In this document: piece by piece, positions 46,896 through 55,805 of the stretch | Layout: each line of letters begins with the position of its first letter | Position numbering within the stretch: position 1 is the first letter of the stretch | IMG/VR virus record: IMGVR_UViG_3300034065_000114 | Span: 1 to 64,000 of that record | Length of the DNA stretch: 64,000 bases | Source of the DNA: an uncultured virus (IMG/VR IMGVR_UViG_3300034065_000114) | Lineage: Duplodnaviria; Heunggongvirae; Uroviricota; Caudoviricetes | Reading direction: 5' to 3' (one strand) | Program-made: the position numbers and the translations under genes | The notes under the pieces: generated by a model | Databases searched by the model: none | Told to the model about the DNA's origin: nothing | The model's input: the letters and a program-made list of their open reading frames with translations, nothing else

Positions 46896-48056
46896 ATGAA
46901 ACCATTCTTGATAGCTCTGCTAACAGCCCTGTTCGCTTCGCAAGCGCAGGCGCAAAGCTTGCAGAAGGGCCATACTACCGAGCTCCTGCACGAAAGCGCG
47001 GAAGCCCCTATCGGCGTTATCGTCGGCACGCAGCTGAACAACGTCATCCATGACATTGGGTTGACAGTTGACCAGCCTGGGAGGCTATCTCAGACCTGGC
47101 CGACGGCCGACGCAGTGCTGCATATCCGCGCGCCGCAAACCACCGCCGGGGATACCTCGGCGCGCTCTGTCGCGGCAACTAACAACTTGGTGCCTTTGTC
47201 CACGACCGACACGACGATTAACTTCCTGACAGGCGGCACCACCGGCGCCACGGTCTATACCAACGGCGGCACGTTCACGCTGCCCACCTCGACGATTGGC
47301 AACTACGTTCGTATGGTCGCGGTGCTTCAGAAAGACGGCACGATCAATACGAACTTCTCAACGCAGCAAACCACCGTGGCCGCGCTGACCAACCCCGGCA
47401 CGCTGCTCGGCTCACTATCGGGTGATCCGCTTGGCTGGCTAGATCTGCAGGCCGTGACCACGACCACCTACAAGTCCGCTGGCGCAGGAACATCGGTGAT
47501 CCAGAACTCGGTCAGCGGCACGCCGACGGTCACGAGTTTCGGCTCAGGCGGCGGTGGCGGCAGCGGCGCCGGGTCAAGCTTCATCCTCTGGCACCCGGTT
47601 GACGGCAATGCTCCGATCTATGCGGAAGAGTTCAGCGAGTTCACCTATCAGTTCCCGGCGGGCGGGGGGCAGCAGCTGCGGGGAACGCTGCAGATTCCTG
47701 GTACGTACATCGCGGGGAATCCCGTAAAGCTGTACTTGTCCCAATATTCTCCTAGCGTTACAGGAACGAGCCTCCTGACGTGCACATCGTACCTCATCCA
47801 AAAGTCCGCTGCGACAGCAGTCAGCTCGACCACTAACAGCAGGACCTCGACAAACACCGCGATCAACCTCGCGACGCTGGCGGTGGCTAACGGCTACTAC
47901 CAAGTTACCTGCGATGTGACGGACACAACGGGGCACATCAATTCGGTGGCAGTGAGCCCAGGAGATATCTTAGCGGTCTATGTTACTCGCGGGACGGATA
48001 CAGATACCGCGGACCTACGGTTTTTGCCGTCGGCGGTTGGCATATCCCTTCAATAA
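46896..48056 (+). CDS. Fibre-associated protein with Sec-type signal peptide
   Basis: MKPFLIALLTALFASQAQA; N-domain paralogous to 44906. Confidence 0.75.
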   Translation: MKPFLIALLTALFASQAQAQSLQKGHTTELLHESAEAPIGVIVGTQLNNVIHDIGLTVDQPGRLSQTWPTADAVLHIRAPQTTAGDTSARSVAATNNLVPLSTTDTTINFLTGGTTGATVYTNGGTFTLPTSTIGNYVRMVAVLQKDGTINTNFSTQQTTVAALTNPGTLLGSLSGDPLGWLDLQAVTTTTYKSAGAGTSVIQNSVSGTPTVTSFGSGGGGGSGAGSSFILWHPVDGNAPIYAEEFSEFTYQFPAGGGQQLRGTLQIPGTYIAGNPVKLYLSQYSPSVTGTSLLTCTSYLIQKSAATAVSSTTNSRTSTNTAINLATLAVANGYYQVTCDVTDTTGHINSVAVSPGDILAVYVTRGTDTDTADLRFLPSAVGISLQ

Positions 48057-48066
48057 CGGTTAACTA

Positions 48067-48876
48067 GTGCAAAACATCATTTACAGCATAAAAGACGAAA
48101 CGGGGCGAGTTCGCTACATTGGGCAAACATCCTTGGGGCCATCTCGTTTTAAACGCCACATCTCTGTGGCAAAAAAGGTTAGGGGCCGCGCTCCCGCAGT
48201 TATCTGGTGGATCAGAAAGCAGCTAGATCTTGGACTTTGCCCTGTCTTTAGCATACTCTACACTGTTAGTGATTCTGAGCAGCTGAATGACCTAGAGATG
48301 ATTGCCATTGCTAATTATAGGGCTACAGGGACTGATCTATTAAACCACACTGACGGCGGTGGCGGAATGCGCGGCTTTCGGCTTTCTAAAGAGCACGTCG
48401 AGAAGATGGCCCAATCAAGGCGGGGTAAACCTAGTTGGGCCAAAGGTATACCAAAACCTCCAGAGGTGAGAGAGAAAATACGCAAGTCCCTATTAGGTAG
48501 GAAGATGCCGGAGGAACAACGACAAAAACTTGCCGTAGCTATGACCGGTACCTCTCGTGGTGTAGGAAGGAAGCATAGCCGGGAGCATTGCGAAAAATTA
48601 AGAAGGGCTGCTCTTGGCAAGAAACGTGGCCCAATGAGCGAGCAGGGTAGAAAAAATATAAGTGCGGCGAAAAAAGGCAAGCGCCTGGGCTACAAGCATA
48701 GCGAAGGGTCTAAGCGTAAGATGAGCGAGAGTCGGCGCGGCATACCCTGTGCCCTTCGCGGCAGAATCTTGCCCGAAGAGACCAAAAGAAAGATGAGCGA
48801 GGCTCGCTATAGATGGTGGGAGCGCGCTAGGATGTCAACGACTACTGACGAGGCAGCCAATGAATCAGCTAATTAA
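48067..48876 (+). CDS. Free-standing GIY-YIG homing endonuclease with NUMOD3-type repeats
   Basis: IIYSI...RYIGQT, R.KRH, LLN.TDGG, repeated (H)SEE.K.KMS. Confidence 0.9.
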   Translation: MQNIIYSIKDETGRVRYIGQTSLGPSRFKRHISVAKKVRGRAPAVIWWIRKQLDLGLCPVFSILYTVSDSEQLNDLEMIAIANYRATGTDLLNHTDGGGGMRGFRLSKEHVEKMAQSRRGKPSWAKGIPKPPEVREKIRKSLLGRKMPEEQRQKLAVAMTGTSRGVGRKHSREHCEKLRRAALGKKRGPMSEQGRKNISAAKKGKRLGYKHSEGSKRKMSESRRGIPCALRGRILPEETKRKMSEARYRWWERARMSTTTDEAANESAN

Positions 48877-51433
48877 ACTTCTCGCGTTCATTCTAGCATT
48901 CGGCAGCAACATTGCTCTTGCGCAGTTCACGCAGGTCCAACGCCAAGAGTTTGGTCCCCAAAACCTACTTGCGCCGTACAACCCAGGTTTTGAAAACGGC
49001 AAGGCTAGGTGGACGAACACCGGCGCAACATTCACGACGACCACGACGTCGTCGAATGTCGGCTTTGGCACGACCAGCGCTGTCTGGACACCGTCTTCGA
49101 CAGGGCAAACGCTGGATAGTACCGCGGTGACGTTGCCTGCGGGCATGCTGGGGGCGAACTGCCTTGCCTCTCTATGGTACAAAGGCGGGGACGCCAACAC
49201 GACCTTCGAGGTCTATGACGTCACCTCCAGCGGCATCGTCGCTGGCGCGTCGCAAGTCCTGGCCGCCCAGACCAACTATGCCCCCGTCCTGATCCCGTTT
49301 ATCTGCCCAGGCACGCAAGATTCGATCAAGCTGCGCCTGACGTCGACCGCGAGCGGGGCTGCTGTCTATCTCGACCAAGCCTTCCTCGGCACGCCCATGG
49401 CGAACAGCGTCGTCCAGGCGAGCCCTGTGGTTTATAGCCAGGGTAAGACGGCGATCGTCGCGGTCGGTTCGACCGGCAACAACCAAGCCGGCCACATCCT
49501 GACGGCGACGGAGTGGCCGTTCACGACGGCAGGGAAACTGGCCTACTACAACTTCTCGTCATCGACGACGACCGATAACTCGGGGGCGCTGTCGTGCTCT
49601 AGCGGAACAGTGGCTTGTACGCTGACCGCGACTGGTCCGCCGACGATTGGCAGCGCCAACATTTTCAATACGGCTAGCGCAGCGCTGACGCTGAACGGGA
49701 CGTCGCAGTATGTCAGCAGCTCAGATTCATTTTTCAACCCAGGTAATGGCAAATCTTTTGATGTCGGCGGTTGGTTTGCAGCTACCAACTGGTCATCTGG
49801 GGCCGCCCATTATTTGCTGTTCCAAGGGAACACTAGTGACGTCGCTTTCGGTATTTATCTAAATACAGACAATTCCATCAATTTTGCCGCCACCAATACA
49901 GCTGCTTCGTTTGATACGACCATCAGTATCGCTGCTCCTGGTTTTTCGGCTAACAGTTTTCACCACTTTGCTATGGTCTATAATTATACGACCACAACTC
50001 TTTATGCCTACATTGATGGAAAGATGGTTGGTAGCGCAATTCAAAGCAATGTGCGCGCGGCATCAAGCGCTAATTTCAAGATAGGTGCGCAAAATTCTCA
50101 GTATTATTTTGCGGGTGCTATTGAAGATGTTTTCTTCATAAATAATACCGTCATGACGTCCGACGATATCCGCAAGACGATGGCGTTGTCGATCGCCCAC
50201 AACAAGAACCTCCCAGCAGCCAGCCAGCTCTGGTCCGGCAACTGGTATCGAAGTGATGCGAACATCGCTAACCAGCTCACGTCGTCTTGGATCGTGTCAA
50301 AGACGCCGAACACGCTCTATGCCGACTTCTCTGACTTCGCTGCCGGGGCCTTCGTCGACTACTCAATGCAGACCTTCGGCATGACGGCGACGACGGCGCA
50401 GTTCACGGGGTATGACTCTGGGTGGCTATCTTCGACCCCCGGTACGACGATCGCGCACGGCCTCGGCGGGGCGCCGGACACGGTGAAGGTACAATACCAG
50501 TCTGGTGCGTTGACAGCCGGTGCTTATCAAGAGTTGCCTAGTGGCTCATACTGTTCGTATGACAGTACCAACCTCTATTGCGACTGGACGGGGCTGACCG
50601 TGAGCGGCTCGGCGCAAGTTCGCATCTTGGCGTGGCGCGGAAACGCCAATACTGTAGTGCCCGCCGCTAACGCGAGCACGAACGGGCTTGTCAACACGAG
50701 CGCGCAGACGTTTGGCGGGACGAAGACTCTAAGCGGAGGCGTATTACTCCCCATAGACACGGTGTCATCCGCAAACTATGCCATGACAAACTCTGACGGA
50801 TACGCTGAGGTTGATGTCAGCACTGGATCGTCGCAGCGCACCATTACATTGCCGAATCCGTCTCAGAACGTCGGCCGAAAGATCACGATCAAAAAGACTG
50901 ACAGCGGCGCTGGCACGGTGCTGATTAATCCATACGCTTCGGAGACGATCGAGGGGGCGTCGAGCAACACGCTTAACGCGCAGAATAGCTTCGTGCGGCT
51001 CTACACCGATGGTACCAACTGGTTTAGTGAGGGATCTTGGGACTTGCTATCTGCCACAGGAGCTGGATCACCATCTAATGGCAATTACGTCAATAGTGCT
51101 AGCCTGTCTTTGCCTCCCGGTGTCTGGTCAGTATCTGGCATGGGTGAGTTCAATCAGGGTGGCACACAGCTCGGCACTCCGGGCATTCTAGCGGTCGGTA
51201 TTTCTACATCATCGTCATTGCTAGATTCGACCAGTAGTGGTGGTTTCTTTGCGACATTTGGTGTCAATACCATCATTACTGCATCAAACACCGGACGCTT
51301 CCCGGTTAACCCGCGCATCTTTAGTTTCACGTCGGCAACGACGGTCTATCTTGTTCAGCGTATCGACTACGGTACTTTAAACGGTTTCGCTTTTGGCGCT
51401 GCTACCAATATGGCAGCTATTCGGTCGAAATAA
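48860..51433 (+). CDS. Mosaic adhesin/fibre with signal peptide, CBM-like and LamG domains
   Basis: MNQLIKLLAFILAFGSNIALA; NPGFENG...W; FHHFAMVY....LYAYIDG...F.G.IEDV; TLP....GR...IKKTD. Confidence 0.8.
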   Translation: MNQLIKLLAFILAFGSNIALAQFTQVQRQEFGPQNLLAPYNPGFENGKARWTNTGATFTTTTTSSNVGFGTTSAVWTPSSTGQTLDSTAVTLPAGMLGANCLASLWYKGGDANTTFEVYDVTSSGIVAGASQVLAAQTNYAPVLIPFICPGTQDSIKLRLTSTASGAAVYLDQAFLGTPMANSVVQASPVVYSQGKTAIVAVGSTGNNQAGHILTATEWPFTTAGKLAYYNFSSSTTTDNSGALSCSSGTVACTLTATGPPTIGSANIFNTASAALTLNGTSQYVSSSDSFFNPGNGKSFDVGGWFAATNWSSGAAHYLLFQGNTSDVAFGIYLNTDNSINFAATNTAASFDTTISIAAPGFSANSFHHFAMVYNYTTTTLYAYIDGKMVGSAIQSNVRAASSANFKIGAQNSQYYFAGAIEDVFFINNTVMTSDDIRKTMALSIAHNKNLPAASQLWSGNWYRSDANIANQLTSSWIVSKTPNTLYADFSDFAAGAFVDYSMQTFGMTATTAQFTGYDSGWLSSTPGTTIAHGLGGAPDTVKVQYQSGALTAGAYQELPSGSYCSYDSTNLYCDWTGLTVSGSAQVRILAWRGNANTVVPAANASTNGLVNTSAQTFGGTKTLSGGVLLPIDTVSSANYAMTNSDGYAEVDVSTGSSQRTITLPNPSQNVGRKITIKKTDSGAGTVLINPYASETIEGASSNTLNAQNSFVRLYTDGTNWFSEGSWDLLSATGAGSPSNGNYVNSASLSLPPGVWSVSGMGEFNQGGTQLGTPGILAVGISTSSSLLDSTSSGGFFATFGVNTIITASNTGRFPVNPRIFSFTSATTVYLVQRIDYGTLNGFAFGAATNMAAIRSK

Positions 51434-51443
51434 GGGAGACACC

Positions 51444-52031
51444 ATGATCCGCATCCTTCTCTCCATCCTCCTCCTGCTCTCCACGACGGCCCGCGCCGAC
51501 GACGTGCAGGGGATTTTCTACAACGCCGTGACTGGACAGGTTTCGGCTAAGACACGAGCAAACGGAGATAAACTTTTAGACCAGACGGCGTTGGCAGCCG
51601 ACGCGATTTATACGTGCGACATCCTCTCGAATTTTGCATCTGGATGGAGCAGCAGCTCGAATACCTACAACACCAACTCTTCAACAAACAAGTACATAGA
51701 CACGCTTAGTAGTTATAGTGGCACTACGTGGACTGCCAAAGTTGCTGGCACCTATCGCGTAACAGCAACCGGATACATCACCAAGACCTCGGGGACGTTC
51801 ACCACAGGCGATGCTATCGCTGCCGCCTTTATTAAAAATGGCTCGATTTATGGAACTGGGCAGAATGTCGATGGCTCTGGCGCCGTAGCTACCAACCCGT
51901 ACACGCTGACAGGATTTATTCCCATGGCTGTCGGTGACACGTTGATTGTCAGATTGGGCTGGAACGGCACTGGCGGACATACGTTCACTGGCACGGTAAC
52001 CTATGCCTGCCTCACTGTTTCACGTCTTTAA
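51444..52031 (+). CDS. Small signal-peptide protein with C1q-like/fibre-tip domain
   Basis: Start 51444 (MIRILLSILLLLSTTARA; AAGGGAG RBS); WTAKVAGTYRV...MAVGDTL. Confidence 0.75.
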   Translation: MIRILLSILLLLSTTARADDVQGIFYNAVTGQVSAKTRANGDKLLDQTALAADAIYTCDILSNFASGWSSSSNTYNTNSSTNKYIDTLSSYSGTTWTAKVAGTYRVTATGYITKTSGTFTTGDAIAAAFIKNGSIYGTGQNVDGSGAVATNPYTLTGFIPMAVGDTLIVRLGWNGTGGHTFTGTVTYACLTVSRL

Positions 52032-52126
52032 TTGAGGTGACTATGAACCGCATCCTAATCCTATGCCTGCCTCACTGTTTCACGTCTTTAATTAAGGAGC
52101 ACCCATGAACCGCATCCTAATCCTAT
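52000..52126. repeat. Duplicated gene-end/gene-start junction
   Basis: 34 bp at 52000-52033 equals 52060-52093; 22 bp at 52043-52064 equals 52105-52126. Confidence 0.9.
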
Positions 52127-52698
52127 TCCTCGCCATCCTCTCCACGTCGGCGCAGGCGACTGGTGTAGATATCCCTGCGGCAAAAAACCTCACGGGGGGA
52201 AAGAGCTGCCTCTATAGCGGATCAAGCGCCGAGGTCTGTGCCGCAACGGCCGGTACAGCGCCGAGTGGCAACGTCGTCGGGACGTCGGTGACGATTAAAA
52301 CGTCAAGCGGCGTGAACGTCACGTCCGGGACGCAGGCTTATCCGATCTTCGGATCGGCGTCGGTCCCAGCTGGTGTCTGGTTGCCTTGTGTAAATATACA
52401 GATTGTCGATACAGGCACCGCCACGGTCAACGAGTCAGATGCCATTGGGTTCACTACGGATAGCAGCGCGACGACATGGAGTGACCTAGATCTTACGGGC
52501 ATCACGAATTCGGTTACGCCAAGCGTCATATTGGGGGGTGCAACGCTGACAGCCACGCAGATTCGGTGGGGCGCCGGTTCGTGTTTTCCACCGATTACAG
52601 TAGCGTCGCCGACTACTTATTATTTCAAGTCGATCAATCGTGTGACCTCTGGGACGCTGACATATAACGGATTTTTGACATTCACCCGCGTCTACTGA
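52105..52698 (+). CDS. Small signal-peptide fibre-tip-like protein
   Basis: MNRILILFLAILSTSAQA; VPAGVW; TVASPTTYY. Confidence 0.75.
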   Translation: MNRILILFLAILSTSAQATGVDIPAAKNLTGGKSCLYSGSSAEVCAATAGTAPSGNVVGTSVTIKTSSGVNVTSGTQAYPIFGSASVPAGVWLPCVNIQIVDTGTATVNESDAIGFTTDSSATTWSDLDLTGITNSVTPSVILGGATLTATQIRWGAGSCFPPITVASPTTYYFKSINRVTSGTLTYNGFLTFTRVY

Positions 52699-53531
52699 TG
52701 CGCTCTCTAGTCTTCTCCGGCGAAGGCGCCAAGGGCGGCTTCCAGGCCGCCATTGCTTTACAGCGTGCGCAGCAGCCTGATCTAGTAATCGGCACCAGCT
52801 CGGGCGCGGTTAATGCTGTCGGCTATGCTTACCTAGGCCCGCAGGGCCTGGTAAATCTATGGAAGACGATCAATAGCACCAGCCAAGTCTTCCGGCTGAG
52901 CGTGCTGGACGCGCTGGTAGGCAATGGCCTCTACTCGTCAGCGCCGATCAACAAGATCCTTCAGGATGTGATCTACGATAACAAGCCGTCCTGCGAGGTG
53001 ATCGTAACGCGCGCCAGTGACGAGACCGGCGCACTCGAATACGTCTCTAATCGTGCCGTAGGCACAGATGAATTCTATGAGGCAGTCTGCGACGCCATCG
53101 CCATCCCCGCAGTGGTCGACCATCCCGATGGATTTGTTGACGGCGTTGTCGGCACGGACTTGCCGCTCAGCTATGCAATCCAATGCGGCGCTACCGATCT
53201 GACCGCGATCATAGGTACACCGCCTATTCCGTATGCCGTTACCTCCAAGGCATGGCCGGTGTTCGACTTCATCAGCCGCGGCTACCGGTTTGTCGACCTC
53301 CTCCTAAACCAAGTCATGTTTGGGGATCTTGCAGTTTGCACTCTGCGCCAACAGATCAACCCATCGATTACCCTACGGGTATACGGGCCGAGGGGGTATC
53401 TCTTCGAGCCACTTGACTTCGCGAGTACAGTTCATGGCGTGGAAATGGCTATGTCTGGCCAGTACGGAGAGTGGATTTACTCATCTAAAGGCTGGCAGTT
53501 CTCTGGTACACTTGGGGGGTATCCCTTCTAG
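52698..53531 (+). CDS. Patatin-like phospholipase
   Basis: LVFSGEGAKG oxyanion loop, GTSSG nucleophile, AIP and FVDG catalytic Asp. Confidence 0.88.
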   Translation: MRSLVFSGEGAKGGFQAAIALQRAQQPDLVIGTSSGAVNAVGYAYLGPQGLVNLWKTINSTSQVFRLSVLDALVGNGLYSSAPINKILQDVIYDNKPSCEVIVTRASDETGALEYVSNRAVGTDEFYEAVCDAIAIPAVVDHPDGFVDGVVGTDLPLSYAIQCGATDLTAIIGTPPIPYAVTSKAWPVFDFISRGYRFVDLLLNQVMFGDLAVCTLRQQINPSITLRVYGPRGYLFEPLDFASTVHGVEMAMSGQYGEWIYSSKGWQFSGTLGGYPF

Positions 53532-53540
53532 GAGGCCCCC

Positions 53541-53945
53541 GTGCAAGACACTACCGCCTTGTCCAACGAGGCGCTTCTCGCCATTTTCGCGGCAATCCAG
53601 GTGTTGTCCGTCGCCTTGTCAAAGGTAATCGACTATTTCGTTGACAAGAGCAGACAAGACCCTGTCGAGGCGAAGATCGATAAGCTTCTTGAAAATGATG
53701 ATGAGCGCCAGGAACATATCAAGTCCAACTACGATATGTACCGCATGATTGCCGACATGTACGCGATGCATAAAGTGATTGACGACGAAGGCCGTCCGGT
53801 ATGGTACTTCCCTAAGAAAATGCTGGATATGGCGGATAAGCATCTTGAGCTGCTGCGCGACATTTCCAATGCGCAGAAGGAAACAGCCTCAAAGATGGAA
53901 TCGATTGTTAGTCAACTTATGTGCATAAAGGCGAAGCATGACTAG
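53541..53945 (+). CDS. Single-pass membrane protein, holin/antiholin candidate
   Basis: N-terminal TM helix followed by a charged coiled domain. Confidence 0.55.
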   Translation: MQDTTALSNEALLAIFAAIQVLSVALSKVIDYFVDKSRQDPVEAKIDKLLENDDERQEHIKSNYDMYRMIADMYAMHKVIDDEGRPVWYFPKKMLDMADKHLELLRDISNAQKETASKMESIVSQLMCIKAKHD

Positions 53946-54882
53946 GTTATTTTTAATTTCATTAATAATCGCCTTGGCAGGCTGCCATAAAGCACCGTCA
54001 GCTGTGGACAGCAACGGGCTACCAGCCCCGGAAGACGTCTCCCACTTCGACAGCCAGTTTGCCACCATCGCCGGCCTAGCCATGCTCCACAACATCGACC
54101 CTAACGGGCAGATTGCTTTAAGCACGCCGGAGGGCGGATGGGCGGACCAGGGCGATAGCTTCTTCTTTACCGGGCTGACGCTGGCCGCGTTTGACTGCGC
54201 CCCCGGCACGCCGCTACTCGCGGTGATCCTGAAAGGCATTTACGACAACGGCGGCATGATCCCGAGCCACAACCCGCTGCTACCCAACTTCACAGTCACG
54301 TCGCGCGACCAAGTCACCGGGGTCATGCTTGGCCTTGTAGAGCGTTGGCGCCGCTGCCCTGCCGATAGGCCTGCAATCGCGGACGCTTGGCGCGCGCACA
54401 TCGCGTATGTCGCCGCCAACGGCGGCAACCTCGGCCCCACCGCGGACGCGGACATGCTCAGTTTGCGCTGGCTGTGGGGCCAAGTCGGTCAATACTTCGG
54501 CGTTGGCGGCGCCGGTGGTTCAGAGGATTCCTTTGAGGTGAGCCTCGTAGCCACGGCTGCGAGTATCAACGCAGCGCACAGTGCTTGCTACCCCGTTCAT
54601 ACTGGCACACTGCAGGCGATCATCGCGGCCAAGATCCATCAGCCGATCGCGGGTAAGGGTGCGTTTTGCGACGCAACCCGCGGACTTGGTTTACCACTCA
54701 CTGAGTGGATGTGCGGCCGCGCAACCGGCCAATCCTGGCTTAAGCAGTTCGAGCCGGATGTGTGGATAGACCAAAATCAGCGCTGCCCCAACTGGGAAGG
54801 CAAGCCGGATGCCGGCGGCAATATGACGCCGGGTGTTGACTTCTTCGAGGTTTACCGATTAGCCGCAGAAGGCAATAGCTGA
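53938..54882 (+). CDS. Lipoprotein, helical and Cys-rich
   Basis: MTRLFLISLIIALAGC lipobox. Confidence 0.78.
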   Translation: MTRLFLISLIIALAGCHKAPSAVDSNGLPAPEDVSHFDSQFATIAGLAMLHNIDPNGQIALSTPEGGWADQGDSFFFTGLTLAAFDCAPGTPLLAVILKGIYDNGGMIPSHNPLLPNFTVTSRDQVTGVMLGLVERWRRCPADRPAIADAWRAHIAYVAANGGNLGPTADADMLSLRWLWGQVGQYFGVGGAGGSEDSFEVSLVATAASINAAHSACYPVHTGTLQAIIAAKIHQPIAGKGAFCDATRGLGLPLTEWMCGRATGQSWLKQFEPDVWIDQNQRCPNWEGKPDAGGNMTPGVDFFEVYRLAAEGNS

Positions 54883-54907
54883 CAAGCCTTTCCAGGGAGT
54901 GTACAAT
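54879..54907 (+). promoter_or_regulatory. Sigma-70-like promoter
   Basis: CTGACA-17 nt-TACAAT. Confidence 0.55.
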
Positions 54908-54953
54908 CAGGCTCTCTGTGCCCACTTTTTACCCACTTGGGGAGGATTATCCA

Positions 54954-55277
54954 ATGGTGACGGACGTAAATAACGTGCTTATCGGCTTGAACGAAGTCGC
55001 TCTTCAACTCGTCAAAGGCATGAAAGACGGCGTGCTTGGCGATTTCGAAGCGTTCTGGTCTGCATACCAAAGCAACCCGGACTTCCAAGCGCGGCTGCAA
55101 ACCGCCTATCAAAGCCTGGCCGCCTGCCCGGCCGAACTCTCCGGCCTTGGCGTCGGCGACTTCGTCACCCTCGCCGCGACGGAAGTCGGCTACATCCCGC
55201 AGTTCATTGCCGCGCTGGCTCAGCCCGCTCCGGCCGCCGCGCCGACGCCGGCCGCTGATCCCGCTCCCGCAGCTTGA
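54954..55277 (+). CDS. Hypothetical protein
   Basis: ATG 54954 after GGAGG; Pro/Ala-rich tail. Confidence 0.72.
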   Translation: MVTDVNNVLIGLNEVALQLVKGMKDGVLGDFEAFWSAYQSNPDFQARLQTAYQSLAACPAELSGLGVGDFVTLAATEVGYIPQFIAALAQPAPAAAPTPAADPAPAA

Positions 55278-55284
55278 TCGCCTA

Positions 55285-55329
55285 GCCTGCTTAGGGGTAC
55301 CCTAGCCTAAGCAGGCCATTGTTTCCTTT
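55285..55329 (+). terminator. Putative terminator
   Basis: GCCTGCTTAGG/CCTAAGCAGGC stem then a T-rich stretch. Confidence 0.55.
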
Positions 55330-55343
55330 CAGGAGAAACGCCA

Positions 55344-55805
55344 GTGGTTCTTTCTCTCGATCAAGTGAACGCCGGCGTCCCCTTCCTCCCGGGGCGCGCT
55401 CGCTACAATATCGTGACGGATCGCAGCTCTACCTGGGTATCGCATACGATGGCCACGGGCGCTGCGCTTGACGGCACGTACACCCAGACTGCAACTCAGT
55501 CTGACCCGACGCAGATCGACCCCGTCGTCACCGGCGGCGCCGCAGGATGGACGAACCTGACCCATGGCGGTCTCTTCACCATGCTCGCGGATACTGGCCG
55601 GGAGATCTTGATTGAGGGCTTTACTAACCAAGCAGGGGCTACATTCAGCACGGTTGACCAAAGCGGCAATGTGCTGCGGTCTACGCTAGACCTCTCGGTC
55701 TTGCCGGTTAAGCTTGCCCCCTACGAAACCATCAAAGCGACGGGCGGCGCCACCGGCGGTAAGGTCGCGTTCCTGGTCCGTTACGACTGGGCGACGATCC
55801 TGTGA
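55344..55805 (+). CDS. Hypothetical virion protein
   Basis: 153 aa; AGGAG RBS. Confidence 0.7.
   Translation: MVLSLDQVNAGVPFLPGRARYNIVTDRSSTWVSHTMATGAALDGTYTQTATQSDPTQIDPVVTGGAAGWTNLTHGGLFTMLADTGREILIEGFTNQAGATFSTVDQSGNVLRSTLDLSVLPVKLAPYETIKATGGATGGKVAFLVRYDWATIL

Noticed and set aside
48057..48876. Group I intron around the GIY-YIG gene
   Set aside because: Both flanking genes are complete with their own leaders, and there is no non-coding room for a ribozyme core
52000..52093. 34-bp repeat, 26-bp spacer, 34-bp repeat as a mini-CRISPR
   Set aside because: The repeat is a gene end, the spacer is an RBS plus a duplicated gene start, and no cas gene is visible
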